A stretch of DNA of 64,000 bases, from assembly GCA_002898315.1 (NCBI GenBank), contig BEHV01000004.1, forward strand, positions 78,383-142,382, given 5' to 3'. Every line of letters begins with the position of its first letter. The first letter of the stretch is position 1. Below, piece by piece: positions 29,342-39,528 of the stretch. Source of the stretch: a bacterium HR19. GTDB taxonomy: Bacteria; Calescibacteriota; Calescibacteriia; Calescibacteriales; Calescibacteriaceae. The notes under the pieces are model-generated. The model searched no databases, was not told the DNA's origin, and was given only the letters and a program-made list of their open reading frames with translations. Both the position numbers and the translations under genes were made by a program.

Positions 29342-30643
29342 ATGTATAAAATTAAAACTATGTCAAACACTGTTCAGAGAGTTATGATCTCCCCCTTATC
29401 AATATTGGCACTTATTCTCATAAGAGTTATCTTTGAGACAACAAGAGTTTATACTGAATCAAAAGGAGGATTTCTTTTCTCAAGATTCTGGCTATACTCA
29501 AACATAATATGGTTTGACATTTTTTTTGCAAACCTTGTCTCAAAGAAAATCTATCCTTTCTCTGTATCTATACCGCTCGCACTTTTTTCAACTTTGGGAC
29601 TCTTTCTTGACAAATTTTTTCTGATGATGGATTATACATACGGAATCCCCATAAACAACCTCGCAAAAACCATAACATCTTTTTTTGTCTTTTCAAGAGG
29701 AATTCCTAAAATAAGCTTCATTCTATTTTTTCTTTCAAAAATCATTCTTACTCTGATTTATGGAAGGTATAACATTATAAAATCTATCATCTATGTTTTA
29801 TGCTCTTATCTCATGTGGATAATTTTCAGCACAGAAACAATTTACGGAAAATCAAACATTTTTTTCATGATTTTACAGGAAGATGTTGCTTATGGAATTT
29901 CTGGAATGATATATGCCTTTGCTTTCTTTCTTCTCTTCCAGAGAAATCTACTCAAAAAGATTTTGAAATATGGATTACAAGACCTCTCAATTTTATATGC
30001 GGTAATATTAGCTATATTCGGCACTTTTTCAGTAGGTAAATTAGATTATCCCTACTTTTTCCTCACATTTCTTTCAGTTATGGCGTTCTTTATTATTCAA
30101 TACATATTTTTGCTCCTGAATGAAGAACACTTACCAGATAGCCTTGAGAAATTGAGTTTTCTCATTTTCCTTGAAATAACAATTTTTTCTAATTTAAGAG
30201 GGATTTTTGTCGTTCCGACAATATTTATAGTTTTTCTCTCGGCTCTCTACCATCTTCCACCACTTGAAATCAAAAGGAGAATTTTTGCTCCGCTTTTTTC
30301 CTCCGCATTCGCTGGCTTCCTCATAATAGTATCTCATACCTCAACAAAAAAGACATTCTCAATACCTTCCGAGGTTATCTTCGTATCACTGATCTCATCT
30401 GGCTTTGCCTTTCTTGATTCTCTCACATCAAAGCTTCGCGGAATTTTTCAAAAGATTTCAGCTTTCATAACCTGCATCTTTCCATCAATATTCATGAGAT
30501 CACCTGAAAACTTCCTTGTATCACTCTTTTTGGGAATGCTCTCAATAAAGTTCAGCGAGAAAAAAATCATAAGATTCCTTGTAGCAGCTTACTTTGTATC
30601 TCAATACTCATATGCAAAATATAGATTACAGATTTTCTTATAA
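29342..30643 (+). CDS. hypothetical polytopic membrane protein (about 12 TM helices)
   Basis: 433 aa, almost entirely hydrophobic helices. No recognisable catalytic motif. Confidence 0.4.
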   Translation: MYKIKTMSNTVQRVMISPLSILALILIRVIFETTRVYTESKGGFLFSRFWLYSNIIWFDIFFANLVSKKIYPFSVSIPLALFSTLGLFLDKFFLMMDYTYGIPINNLAKTITSFFVFSRGIPKISFILFFLSKIILTLIYGRYNIIKSIIYVLCSYLMWIIFSTETIYGKSNIFFMILQEDVAYGISGMIYAFAFFLLFQRNLLKKILKYGLQDLSILYAVILAIFGTFSVGKLDYPYFFLTFLSVMAFFIIQYIFLLLNEEHLPDSLEKLSFLIFLEITIFSNLRGIFVVPTIFIVFLSALYHLPPLEIKRRIFAPLFSSAFAGFLIIVSHTSTKKTFSIPSEVIFVSLISSGFAFLDSLTSKLRGIFQKISAFITCIFPSIFMRSPENFLVSLFLGMLSIKFSEKKIIRFLVAAYFVSQYSYAKYRLQIFL

Positions 30644-30671
30644 GATTTTTCCTGAACACATAAAAAATTCT

Positions 30672-31460
30672 ATGATGGGAACTATGATGGAAAGAATAAA
30701 AGTAGAGGAAAGAGACGGGGTTTTGATTCTCACTCTGCACAATCCCGAGAAAAGAAACGCAATTGACGAAAAAATGATAGATGAGATAAAAAAGGTCCTT
30801 TCAAAAGAGAGAGAAAACGAAAATCTAAAAGTTATGCTAATTCAGGGAGAAGGAAAAATATTCTGCTCCGGAGGAGACCTGAAATGGATGGAAAGGAAAG
30901 GTAAAAGTAATTACGAGGAGAACTTGAAAGATGCTCTTGAACTTGCGGAAATGTACAAAATGATATGGGATTTCCCTACACCGGTGGTCGTGAAAGTTCA
31001 AGGGGGAGCTTATGGGGGAGGAATGGGATTTATTGCGGTTTCAGATATATCCGTAGCAGAAAAAAATTCAAAATTCAGAACCCCGGAGATAAAAGTGGGA
31101 TTGATTCCAGCAGTTATATCTGTTTTCCTTATCAGAAAAATAGGATTGTCTCACACAAAATTTTTAGCTCTCACAGCAAGAGAGATAACAGCAGAAGAAG
31201 CAAAAAACATGGGACTTATAAACATTATAACAGAAGAAGATGAACTTGATAGCAAAACATGGGAGATAATAGAGGAAATAAAAAGTTCAGCTCCCAAAAA
31301 CACAAGAAAAACAAAAGAACTGATAAACCTGATATGTCAGACAGAAAATTTAAATATCTCTTTGAGATTGGCAGGAGAGTTCATATCACAGGCAAGAGCG
31401 AGCAGTGAAGGTATTGAAGGAATTATGTCATTCCTGGAAAAAAGAAAACCAAACTGGTAA
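30672..31460 (+). CDS. enoyl-CoA hydratase/isomerase (crotonase) family. Start taken at an internal Met; 30687 is also possible.
   Basis: ERDGVLILTLHNPEKRNAID...IQGEGKIFCSGGDLKWM...VQGGAYGGGMGFIAVSD. Confidence 0.85.
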   Translation: MMGTMMERIKVEERDGVLILTLHNPEKRNAIDEKMIDEIKKVLSKERENENLKVMLIQGEGKIFCSGGDLKWMERKGKSNYEENLKDALELAEMYKMIWDFPTPVVVKVQGGAYGGGMGFIAVSDISVAEKNSKFRTPEIKVGLIPAVISVFLIRKIGLSHTKFLALTAREITAEEAKNMGLINIITEEDELDSKTWEIIEEIKSSAPKNTRKTKELINLICQTENLNISLRLAGEFISQARASSEGIEGIMSFLEKRKPNW

Positions 31461-31523
31461 TGGGCAAAAGATAAAAAAGTGAATTGAGAACACAGCAAAT
31501 AGAAAGGTATTAAATTTAATTGT

Positions 31524-33923
31524 GTGAAATTAGAAGCAAAAGCAAAACTGAAAAGTCAGGCGAGAAGAAAAAAAATTCAAATCAAAACAAAAAAAATCTT
31601 GTTTTTCAGCTTTATTTTCCTGCTCGGTTTTCTCGTCATAACAACACTTGTTTTTTCCTATATTTATTTCTATCCCGATTCCATAATAAATTTTCTCCAA
31701 AAGATAGATGAAGATAAAAAGATAACGAGAGCGGAAATACTACAGAAATTTTACTCTATTCCTGAGCCAACCTTTTTCATCTCAAAAAACGGGAAAACAG
31801 TGGGAATGCTGTTTGAAAGATACAAAGAAGAATTAAAGTATGATGAAATACCACAAATAACAATAAAAGCTTTTATAGCAGCAGAAGATGAAGATTTCTT
31901 CACACATAGAGGAATAAATCCCAGAGCGATAGTAAGGGCTATAATTACAAACATAAAGGAGATGAGAGTTGTTCAGGGAGGGAGCACAATAACGCAACAG
32001 CTTGCAAAAAATTTGTTCCTAACTCACGAGAGAACTCTGACACGGAAATTAAAAGAATTAACATATGCTCTCCAAATTGAAAAAGAACTGACAAAAGAAG
32101 AAATAATTTCTCTTTACCTTTCGTCAATATTTTTTGGAAATGGGGCTTGGGGTTTGAAAGCAGCAGCCAGAAACTACTTCAAAAAAGATATAAAAGACCT
32201 AACTCTTGCAGAATCAGCACTTCTTGCGGCACTTCCACGCTCTCCGATCTACTACTCACCTATAAAGTACCCCGAAAAAGCAAGAGCAAGACAAATATGG
32301 GTTCTAAAAAGAATGAAAGAACTTGGCTTCATAAGTGAAAAAGAATTTGAAGATGCAAAAAACGATAAAATCACAGTATACTCATGGGATAGTGGATTTT
32401 CAACATACTTTTGGTATCTTGAACAAATCAGAAGAGAACTCTTGAAAATGCTCGGAGATGAGAACGAGATAAAAAGAGGGTACAGAATTTTCACAAATCT
32501 TGATGAGGATTGCTACAAATTCGCACAAAAAGCACTCCGGTACGGATTAGAAAGAGCGGAAATACTCAACGGGAAACGCCCTCTCAAAGACCCGTCAAAA
32601 ATAGTTAATACAAATCAAATAGAAAGTATAACACTTCCAGACGGCGAAATAAAATATAAAGAAGAAGAAAAAATATTCACCGCTAAGATATTAGATTCAA
32701 ATCTCAAAGTGAAGGTAAAAGACGGGGAAAAAGAGTTTGAAGGATTTATAAATCCTGAGTTCTCACAGGTTTTGAAACCGGGAGAGGAAATAGTTGTGAG
32801 AAAATGTCCCGATGATAAATTCTTCTGTCCAATTCCCGAAGAGGTTGAGCTTGAAGGAGCAGTAGTAGTTATCTCTCCATCAGACGGAAAAGTTCTGTGT
32901 ATGATAGGAGGATATAACTTCCAAAAATCGCATTTTATAAGGTCTGTTCAGGCAAAAAGACAGATTGGTTCAGCAATAAAACCTATCGTATACGCAGCAG
33001 CAATAGAGACAGGGCTTTTCTCACCAGCAACAGTTGTAGAAGATACTCCAATAGTATTTGAATGGGTAAAATCAGATAGTTCTGGCGAAGAAGAATTAGA
33101 AACATGGAGACCAAAAAACATAGAAGGATTTTCAGGATATGTAACTTTGCAGGAAGCTCTTGCGAAATCTATAAACGCAGCAACAGTAAGAGTAGCAAAT
33201 AAAATAGGACTTCAAAAAATCGTTGATATGTTCAACAGGGTTGGAATAGAATTAAATGGGAACTACGATATGACAATAGCTCTTGGTTCAATATCTTTAA
33301 GTCCCCTTGAACTCGCAAGAGCATATACACCCTTTGCTAATTTAGGAAAACTCGTGGAACCATACTTTATCAGCAGAATAGAAAAAGGAAAAAACATCAT
33401 ATTTGAATACGAAACATCTGAAACAGAGGTTATACCAGAGGATTTAGCTTTTGTTGTAGCATGGATGATGAGAAACGCGGTGTTGCACGGCACGGGTTGG
33501 AGAGCAAAATCTCTAAAAATTCCGGTAGCCGGTAAAACAGGAACAACAAACGATGGAAAAGATGCATGGTTTGTCGGATTTACTCCTGAAATTCTTGCAG
33601 TGGTGTGGGTAGGGAAAGATGATTTTACTCCGATAGGTAGAAAAGTAAATTCAGGTCCAACAGTAGCGGTTCCGATATTTGTTGAATTTATGAGGAAATA
33701 TCAGGAGAAACTAAAAGGAAATGGATTTAGCATTCCCGAAGGAGTTGAATTTGCAAAAATAAACCCAATAACGGGAGAGGTTTCGGATGAGAATTACTAT
33801 ATTATGGCTATTCCGAAAAGAGATGAGCAGAAGGAGCTTATTGAAGAGGAGAAGAAAGATGAGCAAAGCGGAGATAGAGAGGGAGAAAAGAGAGATTTCA
33901 AAGGAGATATATTTGATTTCTGA
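31524..33923 (+). CDS. penicillin-binding protein 1A (bifunctional transglycosylase/transpeptidase), GTG start
   Basis: GT51 motifs EDEDFFTHRGINPRAIVRA and GGSTITQQLAKN. Transpeptidase motifs GSAIKP (SxxK) and KTGTTND (KTG). Confidence 0.9.
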   Translation: MKLEAKAKLKSQARRKKIQIKTKKILFFSFIFLLGFLVITTLVFSYIYFYPDSIINFLQKIDEDKKITRAEILQKFYSIPEPTFFISKNGKTVGMLFERYKEELKYDEIPQITIKAFIAAEDEDFFTHRGINPRAIVRAIITNIKEMRVVQGGSTITQQLAKNLFLTHERTLTRKLKELTYALQIEKELTKEEIISLYLSSIFFGNGAWGLKAAARNYFKKDIKDLTLAESALLAALPRSPIYYSPIKYPEKARARQIWVLKRMKELGFISEKEFEDAKNDKITVYSWDSGFSTYFWYLEQIRRELLKMLGDENEIKRGYRIFTNLDEDCYKFAQKALRYGLERAEILNGKRPLKDPSKIVNTNQIESITLPDGEIKYKEEEKIFTAKILDSNLKVKVKDGEKEFEGFINPEFSQVLKPGEEIVVRKCPDDKFFCPIPEEVELEGAVVVISPSDGKVLCMIGGYNFQKSHFIRSVQAKRQIGSAIKPIVYAAAIETGLFSPATVVEDTPIVFEWVKSDSSGEEELETWRPKNIEGFSGYVTLQEALAKSINAATVRVANKIGLQKIVDMFNRVGIELNGNYDMTIALGSISLSPLELARAYTPFANLGKLVEPYFISRIEKGKNIIFEYETSETEVIPEDLAFVVAWMMRNAVLHGTGWRAKSLKIPVAGKTGTTNDGKDAWFVGFTPEILAVVWVGKDDFTPIGRKVNSGPTVAVPIFVEFMRKYQEKLKGNGFSIPEGVEFAKINPITGEVSDENYYIMAIPKRDEQKELIEEEKKDEQSGDREGEKRDFKGDIFDF

Positions 33924-33959
33924 AAGTTTTGTTTTGTTTTTATTAATTTTTCATTATTA

Positions 33960-34045
33960 GCCGGGATGGCGGAATTGGAAGACGCGCAGGACTCAGGATC
34001 CTGTGGGGGTAAAACCCCGTGCGGGTTCGAGTCCCGCTCCCGGCA
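33960..34045 (+). tRNA. tRNA-Leu (anticodon CAG), with long variable arm
   Basis: Acceptor GCCGGGA/TCCCGGC, D-arm GCGG-AATTGGAAGA-CGC, anticodon stem CAGGA/TCCTG with loop CTCAGGA, long variable arm, T-arm GCGGG-TTCGAGT-CCCGC, discriminator A. Confidence 0.85.
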
Positions 34046-34105
34046 CCCAAATTTTACCAATATGAAAATCAAAAAAAGAATTTCCAAACGAGTAATGTAA
34101 AAGAT

Positions 34106-34810
34106 ATGAGAAACAGAAGATCAAAGAATTTTTTTCTCTTTCCCTTTTTCGTTTTTTTTATATATGCCTGCTCACAGAAAAAAGTCCCGGAAAATCCAGA
34201 AGAACTGTACAGCGAAGCGATGAAGAAGTTAGAAGGAAGTATTTTTACAGCAGATTACGATACAGCGGAGCAGTATTTTGAAAAAATCATAGAGCTTTTT
34301 CCCGGCACGAGATATGTTCCCGATGCAAATTTCGGGATCGCATACGCAAAGATGAAAAAAGGAGATTGCGCCGAAGCCGCTGTGCTGTTTGAGAGTTTCT
34401 ACCAAAAATATACATCACACCAAAAAGCTCCCCTTGCTCTTTACTACTCTATAAAATGCTACATGAAATTTGTTGACACGCCCGACAGAGACATAACCTA
34501 TGCTGAAAAGGTAAGAGAGTTGGCATCTCTTTTCATTCAAAACTACAAAGATAACGAAAAAAAAGATGAGGTTTCAAAAATTCATAACAGAGTTTTAGAA
34601 ATCATAGCGCAACATCATCTCTCAATAGCTGAGTTCTACATAAGAAGGAAAGTTTATCCGCCAGCAACAAGAAGAATAAAAATCATTTTAGAAGATAGAG
34701 AGCTTTCCGAAACCGAACCCGGAAAAAAGGCGAAAGAAATATACGAAAAACTTATCAAAGAGAATAAAGAATTTTCTGATACCAACGAATTCCTCCAATC
34801 AGCTCGTTAA
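34106..34810 (+). CDS. bamD: outer-membrane assembly lipoprotein BamD/YfiO-like (TPR). Start taken at the internal Met MRNRRSK.
   Basis: Lipobox FFIYAC. TPR-like helices. AEQYFEKIIELFPGTRYVPDANFGIAYAKMKKGDCAEAAVLFESFYQKY resembles BamD. Confidence 0.55.
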   Translation: MRNRRSKNFFLFPFFVFFIYACSQKKVPENPEELYSEAMKKLEGSIFTADYDTAEQYFEKIIELFPGTRYVPDANFGIAYAKMKKGDCAEAAVLFESFYQKYTSHQKAPLALYYSIKCYMKFVDTPDRDITYAEKVRELASLFIQNYKDNEKKDEVSKIHNRVLEIIAQHHLSIAEFYIRRKVYPPATRRIKIILEDRELSETEPGKKAKEIYEKLIKENKEFSDTNEFLQSAR

Positions 34811-34893
34811 AGAGTTACCCTCTTCACATAAACCAATTGCAACTTCCTAAATCTTCCTATTTTTATGCTCTGGAAATATTTAATCTGGCTTTG

Positions 34894-36060
34894 CTATCGG
34901 CTTTTCTGTGTTTGGGCTTCTTTTTTGTATTTCTGCAATCTCTTTCTTTTTAAGATTTCAAGATATGCTTTCGGTGGGACATAGGGTTTCGGAGTACCGG
35001 TTAAAAACTCTCCTTCCATAAACCCCCATGAGTAAATTATTGGAACTTTCTCATATCTCCCGAAAGAATCTCTGGCTCTTATTTTTATTGTGTTTAATCC
35101 AACTTTCAGATTTGTTAATTTCAGAGGAGAGGAGCATTTTTTCCATCCTGAATAATTTATATCGCATTCAAATTCCGCATCTTCTTCATCTGATGTGAAT
35201 TCAAATTCCGCATAGTTGACATTCGTAGCGCTCGGAGGCGCAGATAAAAGCAAAGTCACAGGTGGTTTCGCATCAACTCTGAAATAAAATTCTTTTGGAG
35301 GTTTTTCTTTGTTTCCCGCAAGGTCTATGGAAAACGCAGATATTTTATGCCACCCGTCTTCTATATTTGTTAGAACAATTCTACCCGAAGAGCAATCCAT
35401 CCAAAACCCATCATCTACACTACACAGCGTTGATTTATACGGTTCATTAACGATAAAGTCAATTTCACATTCTGGTTCTGTGAGAACATAGGAAAAATCA
35501 ACGGACTTTATTTCTGTGATAGGAGGAGTTGTATCCACAACGAAATCATATTCAAGAATCTTTTCCCTGCATTTTCCCGCAGCGTAATATACAGAAAAAG
35601 TTTTCTTGCCATCTTCCCCAACCAAAACCATACTTGATAAGGAAGCATTACAGGGGAATTCTTTATCATTGATATAACACAAAAAGTTATAGGTGGATAG
35701 AAAGAAAATTGCCTCTTTCTTGTTCCATAACTTCGGAGGACTCTCAAGTAGTTCTACGGCGGACTTCATTTCAGGGCACCCTTCTTTACTTTCTATCTGA
35801 GTTTTGACATAAGTTTCTCCGGGTCCCCATTCTTCTCCTTCTGATTCTTTACTTTCTTTTATTGCAGTATGAGACAAAGAATGGGGGCTTTCAATTTCAA
35901 CTTTCTCTGCTTTTTCTTTCAGAATTTTAATTTCTGTTATTTTTCCGTAGAATGGGCATTTATAAATCACGAGTCCAAGAATTAATCCAATCAAAAGCGA
36001 AATTATATTAGATAAAATTTTCCGAGAGGTCTTCTCCTTATCTTTGTATTCATTTCCCAT
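34894..36060 (-). CDS. hypothetical membrane-anchored extracytoplasmic protein, Cys-rich with Ig-like segments
   Basis: N-terminal TM anchor ILSNIISLLIGLILGLVIY. TTPP/KPP motifs between beta-rich segments. Confidence 0.35.
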   Translation of the reverse strand: MGNEYKDKEKTSRKILSNIISLLIGLILGLVIYKCPFYGKITEIKILKEKAEKVEIESPHSLSHTAIKESKESEGEEWGPGETYVKTQIESKEGCPEMKSAVELLESPPKLWNKKEAIFFLSTYNFLCYINDKEFPCNASLSSMVLVGEDGKKTFSVYYAAGKCREKILEYDFVVDTTPPITEIKSVDFSYVLTEPECEIDFIVNEPYKSTLCSVDDGFWMDCSSGRIVLTNIEDGWHKISAFSIDLAGNKEKPPKEFYFRVDAKPPVTLLLSAPPSATNVNYAEFEFTSDEEDAEFECDINYSGWKKCSSPLKLTNLKVGLNTIKIRARDSFGRYEKVPIIYSWGFMEGEFLTGTPKPYVPPKAYLEILKRKRLQKYKKEAQTQKSR

Positions 36061-36065
36061 TTTTT

Positions 36066-36073
36066 ACCCCCTA
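36066..36073 (-). promoter_or_regulatory. Shine-Dalgarno sequence (AGGGGGT) 6-10 nt upstream of the ATG at 36060
   Basis: The minus-strand sequence reads tagggggtaaaaaATG. Confidence 0.5.
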
Positions 36074-36290
36074 TTTCCGGCAACATATCACCTCCTCTGA
36101 AATTGAACTTCTCAAACATAATTTAGTAATTTCTTAAACGGAAGAGAAAGAGAGCGAAGTAAATTCCTCACTACCATAAATTGAGGGAATTGCAGAAGCG
36201 GAGAGATTTCTTACTCCTTCCAGATAAGCATAGGTTCAGGAAAGCTTATCAGCCGAGACCGGAAACAAGAAGTGTTTTGAAAAGAAAAAT

Positions 36291-37157
36291 TTATTCTAAA
36301 TCTATACTTTCAAGAATAGAGATAGCTGAATACAACTTCATATGAGCTTGTGTAAAAATGACATCTTTGAATTTCTCAAAAACATCATAAGAAATCTCCT
36401 TCCCCTTTTTTGCTGGTAAGCAGTGCATAACAAGCTTAGCATACTTCGCTTTTTCAGAATCAACCGCATATTTTTTCATCTTCTCTTCTTTTTCAGGTGA
36501 AAACTCATCTCCCATAGAAAACCATACATCTGTGTATATAATATCTGCATCTTTCACAGCTTCTGATGGGTCATACTCAACCTTATATATTGATTTAAGC
36601 TCTGGTTCAAACCCCTCGGGACAAGAAAAAACGAGCTCAAAATTTCCCAAGACCTCTAACGCTTCAATCCACGACCTCGCAACATTATTTTTTGCATCTC
36701 CCATAAAGACAATCTTTTTTCCTTCATATCTCCCAAGCAGTAGCTGTATTGTCGCAAGGTCTGAAATTATCTGCGTCGGATGACTCAAATTGCTCAGAGC
36801 ATTTATGACAGGTTTTTTCGTACTTTCTGAAAATATCTCAAGCGATTTGTGGTCGTACACCCTGCATATAAAAAAATCAACATAACCATCTAAAACCCTT
36901 GCGAAATCAGCTCTATCTTCTCCCCTCAAAATCTGAGTATCTTTATCTGTCGAATATATGGCTGTTCCTCCGAGTTTTATCACAGCTACCTCAAAAGAAA
37001 TTCTGGTCCGTGTTGAAGGTTTTTCAAAGTAAATCAGACCAATCTTTTCTTTAAGTTTTTTAGTTGGCGTATCACCTTTGAAAAGTTCAACAGCCCTTTT
37101 TATGAGATATTCAAGCTCTCTTTTAGAAAGGTCAAAAAGTGTGATGATTTTCCTCAT
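36291..37157 (-). CDS. ornithine carbamoyltransferase family (ATCase/OTCase fold), short form
   Basis: STRTRISFE is the carbamoyl-phosphate-binding motif. SHPTQ, the DVWFSMGDE ornithine SMG motif, and HCLPA are all present. It is 288 aa, shorter than a typical ArgF. Confidence 0.7.
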   Translation of the reverse strand: MRKIITLFDLSKRELEYLIKRAVELFKGDTPTKKLKEKIGLIYFEKPSTRTRISFEVAVIKLGGTAIYSTDKDTQILRGEDRADFARVLDGYVDFFICRVYDHKSLEIFSESTKKPVINALSNLSHPTQIISDLATIQLLLGRYEGKKIVFMGDAKNNVARSWIEALEVLGNFELVFSCPEGFEPELKSIYKVEYDPSEAVKDADIIYTDVWFSMGDEFSPEKEEKMKKYAVDSEKAKYAKLVMHCLPAKKGKEISYDVFEKFKDVIFTQAHMKLYSAISILESIDLE

Positions 37158-37275
37158 AACTTCTCAATAAAACTTCATAATAATAAAAAGGCAAAAAAAT
37201 TCAAAAGCAGTAGAAAAATTAAAATTACGAAACAATAAAAAAAGCAAAATCTCTAAAATTAGAATTATTTTTGGT

Positions 37276-38313
37276 ATGATTTTCCTATCAGGCGCAAATG
37301 GATTTATAGGGTCTTACACACTTGAAGAGCTCCTTAAAAAGAAATACAGAGTCAGAATATCTCTGAGAAAAGGTTCAAATACCGATAACATAAAAAAGTT
37401 TCTTGATAAAGTTGAGGTATTATACGGAGACCTATCTGATAGATACTTTGCCGAAGAATGCGTAAAAAACTGCGAATATGTAATTCATATAGCCGGAAAA
37501 GTTGATACCTCTGTATCAAGTTCAAAAAGAGAAGAAATAATCTTATCTAATTATCTCACAACAAACAATGTTTTCTCCTCCGCTCTGAAAGCGAAAGTCA
37601 AAAAAGTAGTATTTTTGGGGTCTATATTTGGACTTGGCAAAAGCAAAGATATGACACCTGCTGATGAAAATGTTGAGTTTAATCTCTATCACCTCGCAAA
37701 GAAAATACCATATATAAGAGCAAAAAGAATGAGCGAAATAATGGCAGATGATTTTCTTGAAAGGGAGCTTCCGATAGTCAGGGTTTATCCGAACTTCTGC
37801 ATAGGGAAAGGTGATATTTATCTTTCATCATCAAAGGCAATCTTGCCATTTCTGAACGGGGTGAATATTTACTTTGATGGAGGAATAAATTTGCAATGGG
37901 TAGGAGATGCTGCCAAAGCACTTGTTCTCGCTCTGGAAAAAGGAAAAGAAGGTGAAAAGTTTCTGGTTGGTGGAGAAAACCTGACCTCACAAGAGATATT
38001 CCATAAAGTTATGAAAATAACAGGAAAAGAAGCAAAGGGAAGGAAAATTTCTCCATCTGTGTTCAAAATATTTTTCTACCTCCCTCAGCCCATACTAGAT
38101 ATAGCAGAGGGAATAATCAAAAAAAACATAAAGCTTGATATCGGCTCACTTATGATACTCACCGAAAAATATTGGTTTTACTCAGATGAGAAAGCAAGAA
38201 GAGAACTCGGATATACTTCAAGACCAATAGATGAGACCATATCAGAAGCGGTAAATTGGCTGAAAGAGTTCATAAAAGCAAAAAAAGAGTCCAAATCTCA
38301 AAAAAGAAGATGA
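37276..38313 (+). CDS. NAD(P)-dependent epimerase/dehydratase family protein
   Basis: MIFLSGANGFIGSYTLEELL is the Rossmann GxxGxxG. Extended SDR length. Confidence 0.8.
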   Translation: MIFLSGANGFIGSYTLEELLKKKYRVRISLRKGSNTDNIKKFLDKVEVLYGDLSDRYFAEECVKNCEYVIHIAGKVDTSVSSSKREEIILSNYLTTNNVFSSALKAKVKKVVFLGSIFGLGKSKDMTPADENVEFNLYHLAKKIPYIRAKRMSEIMADDFLERELPIVRVYPNFCIGKGDIYLSSSKAILPFLNGVNIYFDGGINLQWVGDAAKALVLALEKGKEGEKFLVGGENLTSQEIFHKVMKITGKEAKGRKISPSVFKIFFYLPQPILDIAEGIIKKNIKLDIGSLMILTEKYWFYSDEKARRELGYTSRPIDETISEAVNWLKEFIKAKKESKSQKRR

Positions 38314-39368
38314 AAAACTTTGAACCATTTTCATCTGAGGAGGAGATTCAGATTCTCTGGAAAGAAATTCAGGGATTAAAATTTGTTGATGAAGAGGGGA
38401 GAAGAATTTTCGTAGCCCACCCCGGAATAAAAAGTAAGACAGGTCCAGATTTCAAAGACGCTGTCGTATTTGTAGATGACATAAAGATTGAAGGAGATGT
38501 AGAATGCCATCTCAAATCATCTGACTGGTTTGCTCATAAACACGATGAAAATCCCGAATTCTCATCTGTGAAAATACATGTTGTTTGGAAAAAGGATTGC
38601 GAAGTCAATGGCTTCACAATATCGCTTGAAAACATATCGCTTTTGAACTACGAGAAAAAATACCTTTGCGAAAAAATTTATGATGAGAAGAAAAAGAGAA
38701 AAGAGATATTCTCACTTGGGAAAATACGAATTTTGAGAAAATCTGAAAGAATAAAGGAAAGGATTTTGGAGATAAAAGATGAAAGACAGGCGGTATATGA
38801 ATTTTCAGCAGAAGCATTAGGATATGAGATGGCAAGAAATTTCATGCTACACATAGCAAGGAAATACCCACTAAGCTATGTTGAGAGAATGGACGAGAAA
38901 CCTTTTGCAGATATTGTTGCGGAAGAGATTAAAAATTTCGGTTTGAGATTTCGCGGGAGACCGAAAAACTATCCTCTACAAAGAGCTCGCGCCCTTTATC
39001 ATCTTTTTACCAGAAAAGATTTTATAAGCTCTGTAAGGAAACTTTTTGAGTCAAGAGCAAAATATCAGGAGTGGGAAAAAAATTTAGCAGTTGAAGGATT
39101 AGGTAAAAGCAGATTGAGAACAACAATTGCGAATGTGATTTTGCCATATCTTTTGATAGCGTATCCATCACAAGACGAGATTTTTGAGTATTTTTCAGGT
39201 TTTCCCCAAGAGGAGGAGAACAGATTTATAAGGGAAGGAAAAAAGGTGCTTCGGATAAGAAAGTGCAATCTGATAGAGGGTCAGGGATTAATAGAGATTT
39301 ACAGGATGAGGTGTTCAAGGTTTTTGTGTTATGTTTGCGGTTTAGGTGGTGCCGAGGGCGGGACTTGA
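38310..39368 (+). CDS. DUF2851-family protein. Start at the internal Met, with an ATGA overlap onto the epimerase stop. The 3' end overlaps the opposite-strand tRNA-Leu by ~19 nt.
   Basis: FVAHPGIKSKTGPDFKDAVVFVDDIKIEGDVECHLKSSDWFAHKHDENPEFSSVKIHVVW matches my recollection of the DUF2851 N-terminal signature (HPG...GPDF...SDW..H.H...HVV). The C-terminal helical region is paralogous to the gene at 60972-61694. Confidence 0.5.
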   Translation: MKNFEPFSSEEEIQILWKEIQGLKFVDEEGRRIFVAHPGIKSKTGPDFKDAVVFVDDIKIEGDVECHLKSSDWFAHKHDENPEFSSVKIHVVWKKDCEVNGFTISLENISLLNYEKKYLCEKIYDEKKKRKEIFSLGKIRILRKSERIKERILEIKDERQAVYEFSAEALGYEMARNFMLHIARKYPLSYVERMDEKPFADIVAEEIKNFGLRFRGRPKNYPLQRARALYHLFTRKDFISSVRKLFESRAKYQEWEKNLAVEGLGKSRLRTTIANVILPYLLIAYPSQDEIFEYFSGFPQEEENRFIREGKKVLRIRKCNLIEGQGLIEIYRMRCSRFLCYVCGLGGAEGGT

Positions 39369-39433
39369 ACCCGCACGGGCTTGCGCCCATCGCCCCCTCA
39401 AGACGACGCGTCTACCTATTCCGCCACCTCGGC
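39350..39433 (-). tRNA. tRNA-Leu (anticodon GAG), long variable arm
   Basis: Sense strand GCCGAGG-TG-GCGG-AATAGGTAGA-CGC-G-TCGTC-TTGAGGG-GGCGA-long arm-GGGTTCAAGTCCCGCC-CTCGGC-A. The anticodon loop is TTGAGGG. Confidence 0.85.
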
Positions 39434-39528
39434 AAAACAAATCAATTATTATAATCCAAAAAAGAAACTTATCTCTTTTGATAAAATTATTTGGTAACCA
39501 GACAAAATTACCACATCAACAGAAAAAA

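Noticed and set aside
33797-34087. 96-aa minus-strand ORF
   Set aside because: It overlaps tRNA-Leu(CAG) and the real BamD-like start, and has Ser/Cys-rich low-complexity translation.
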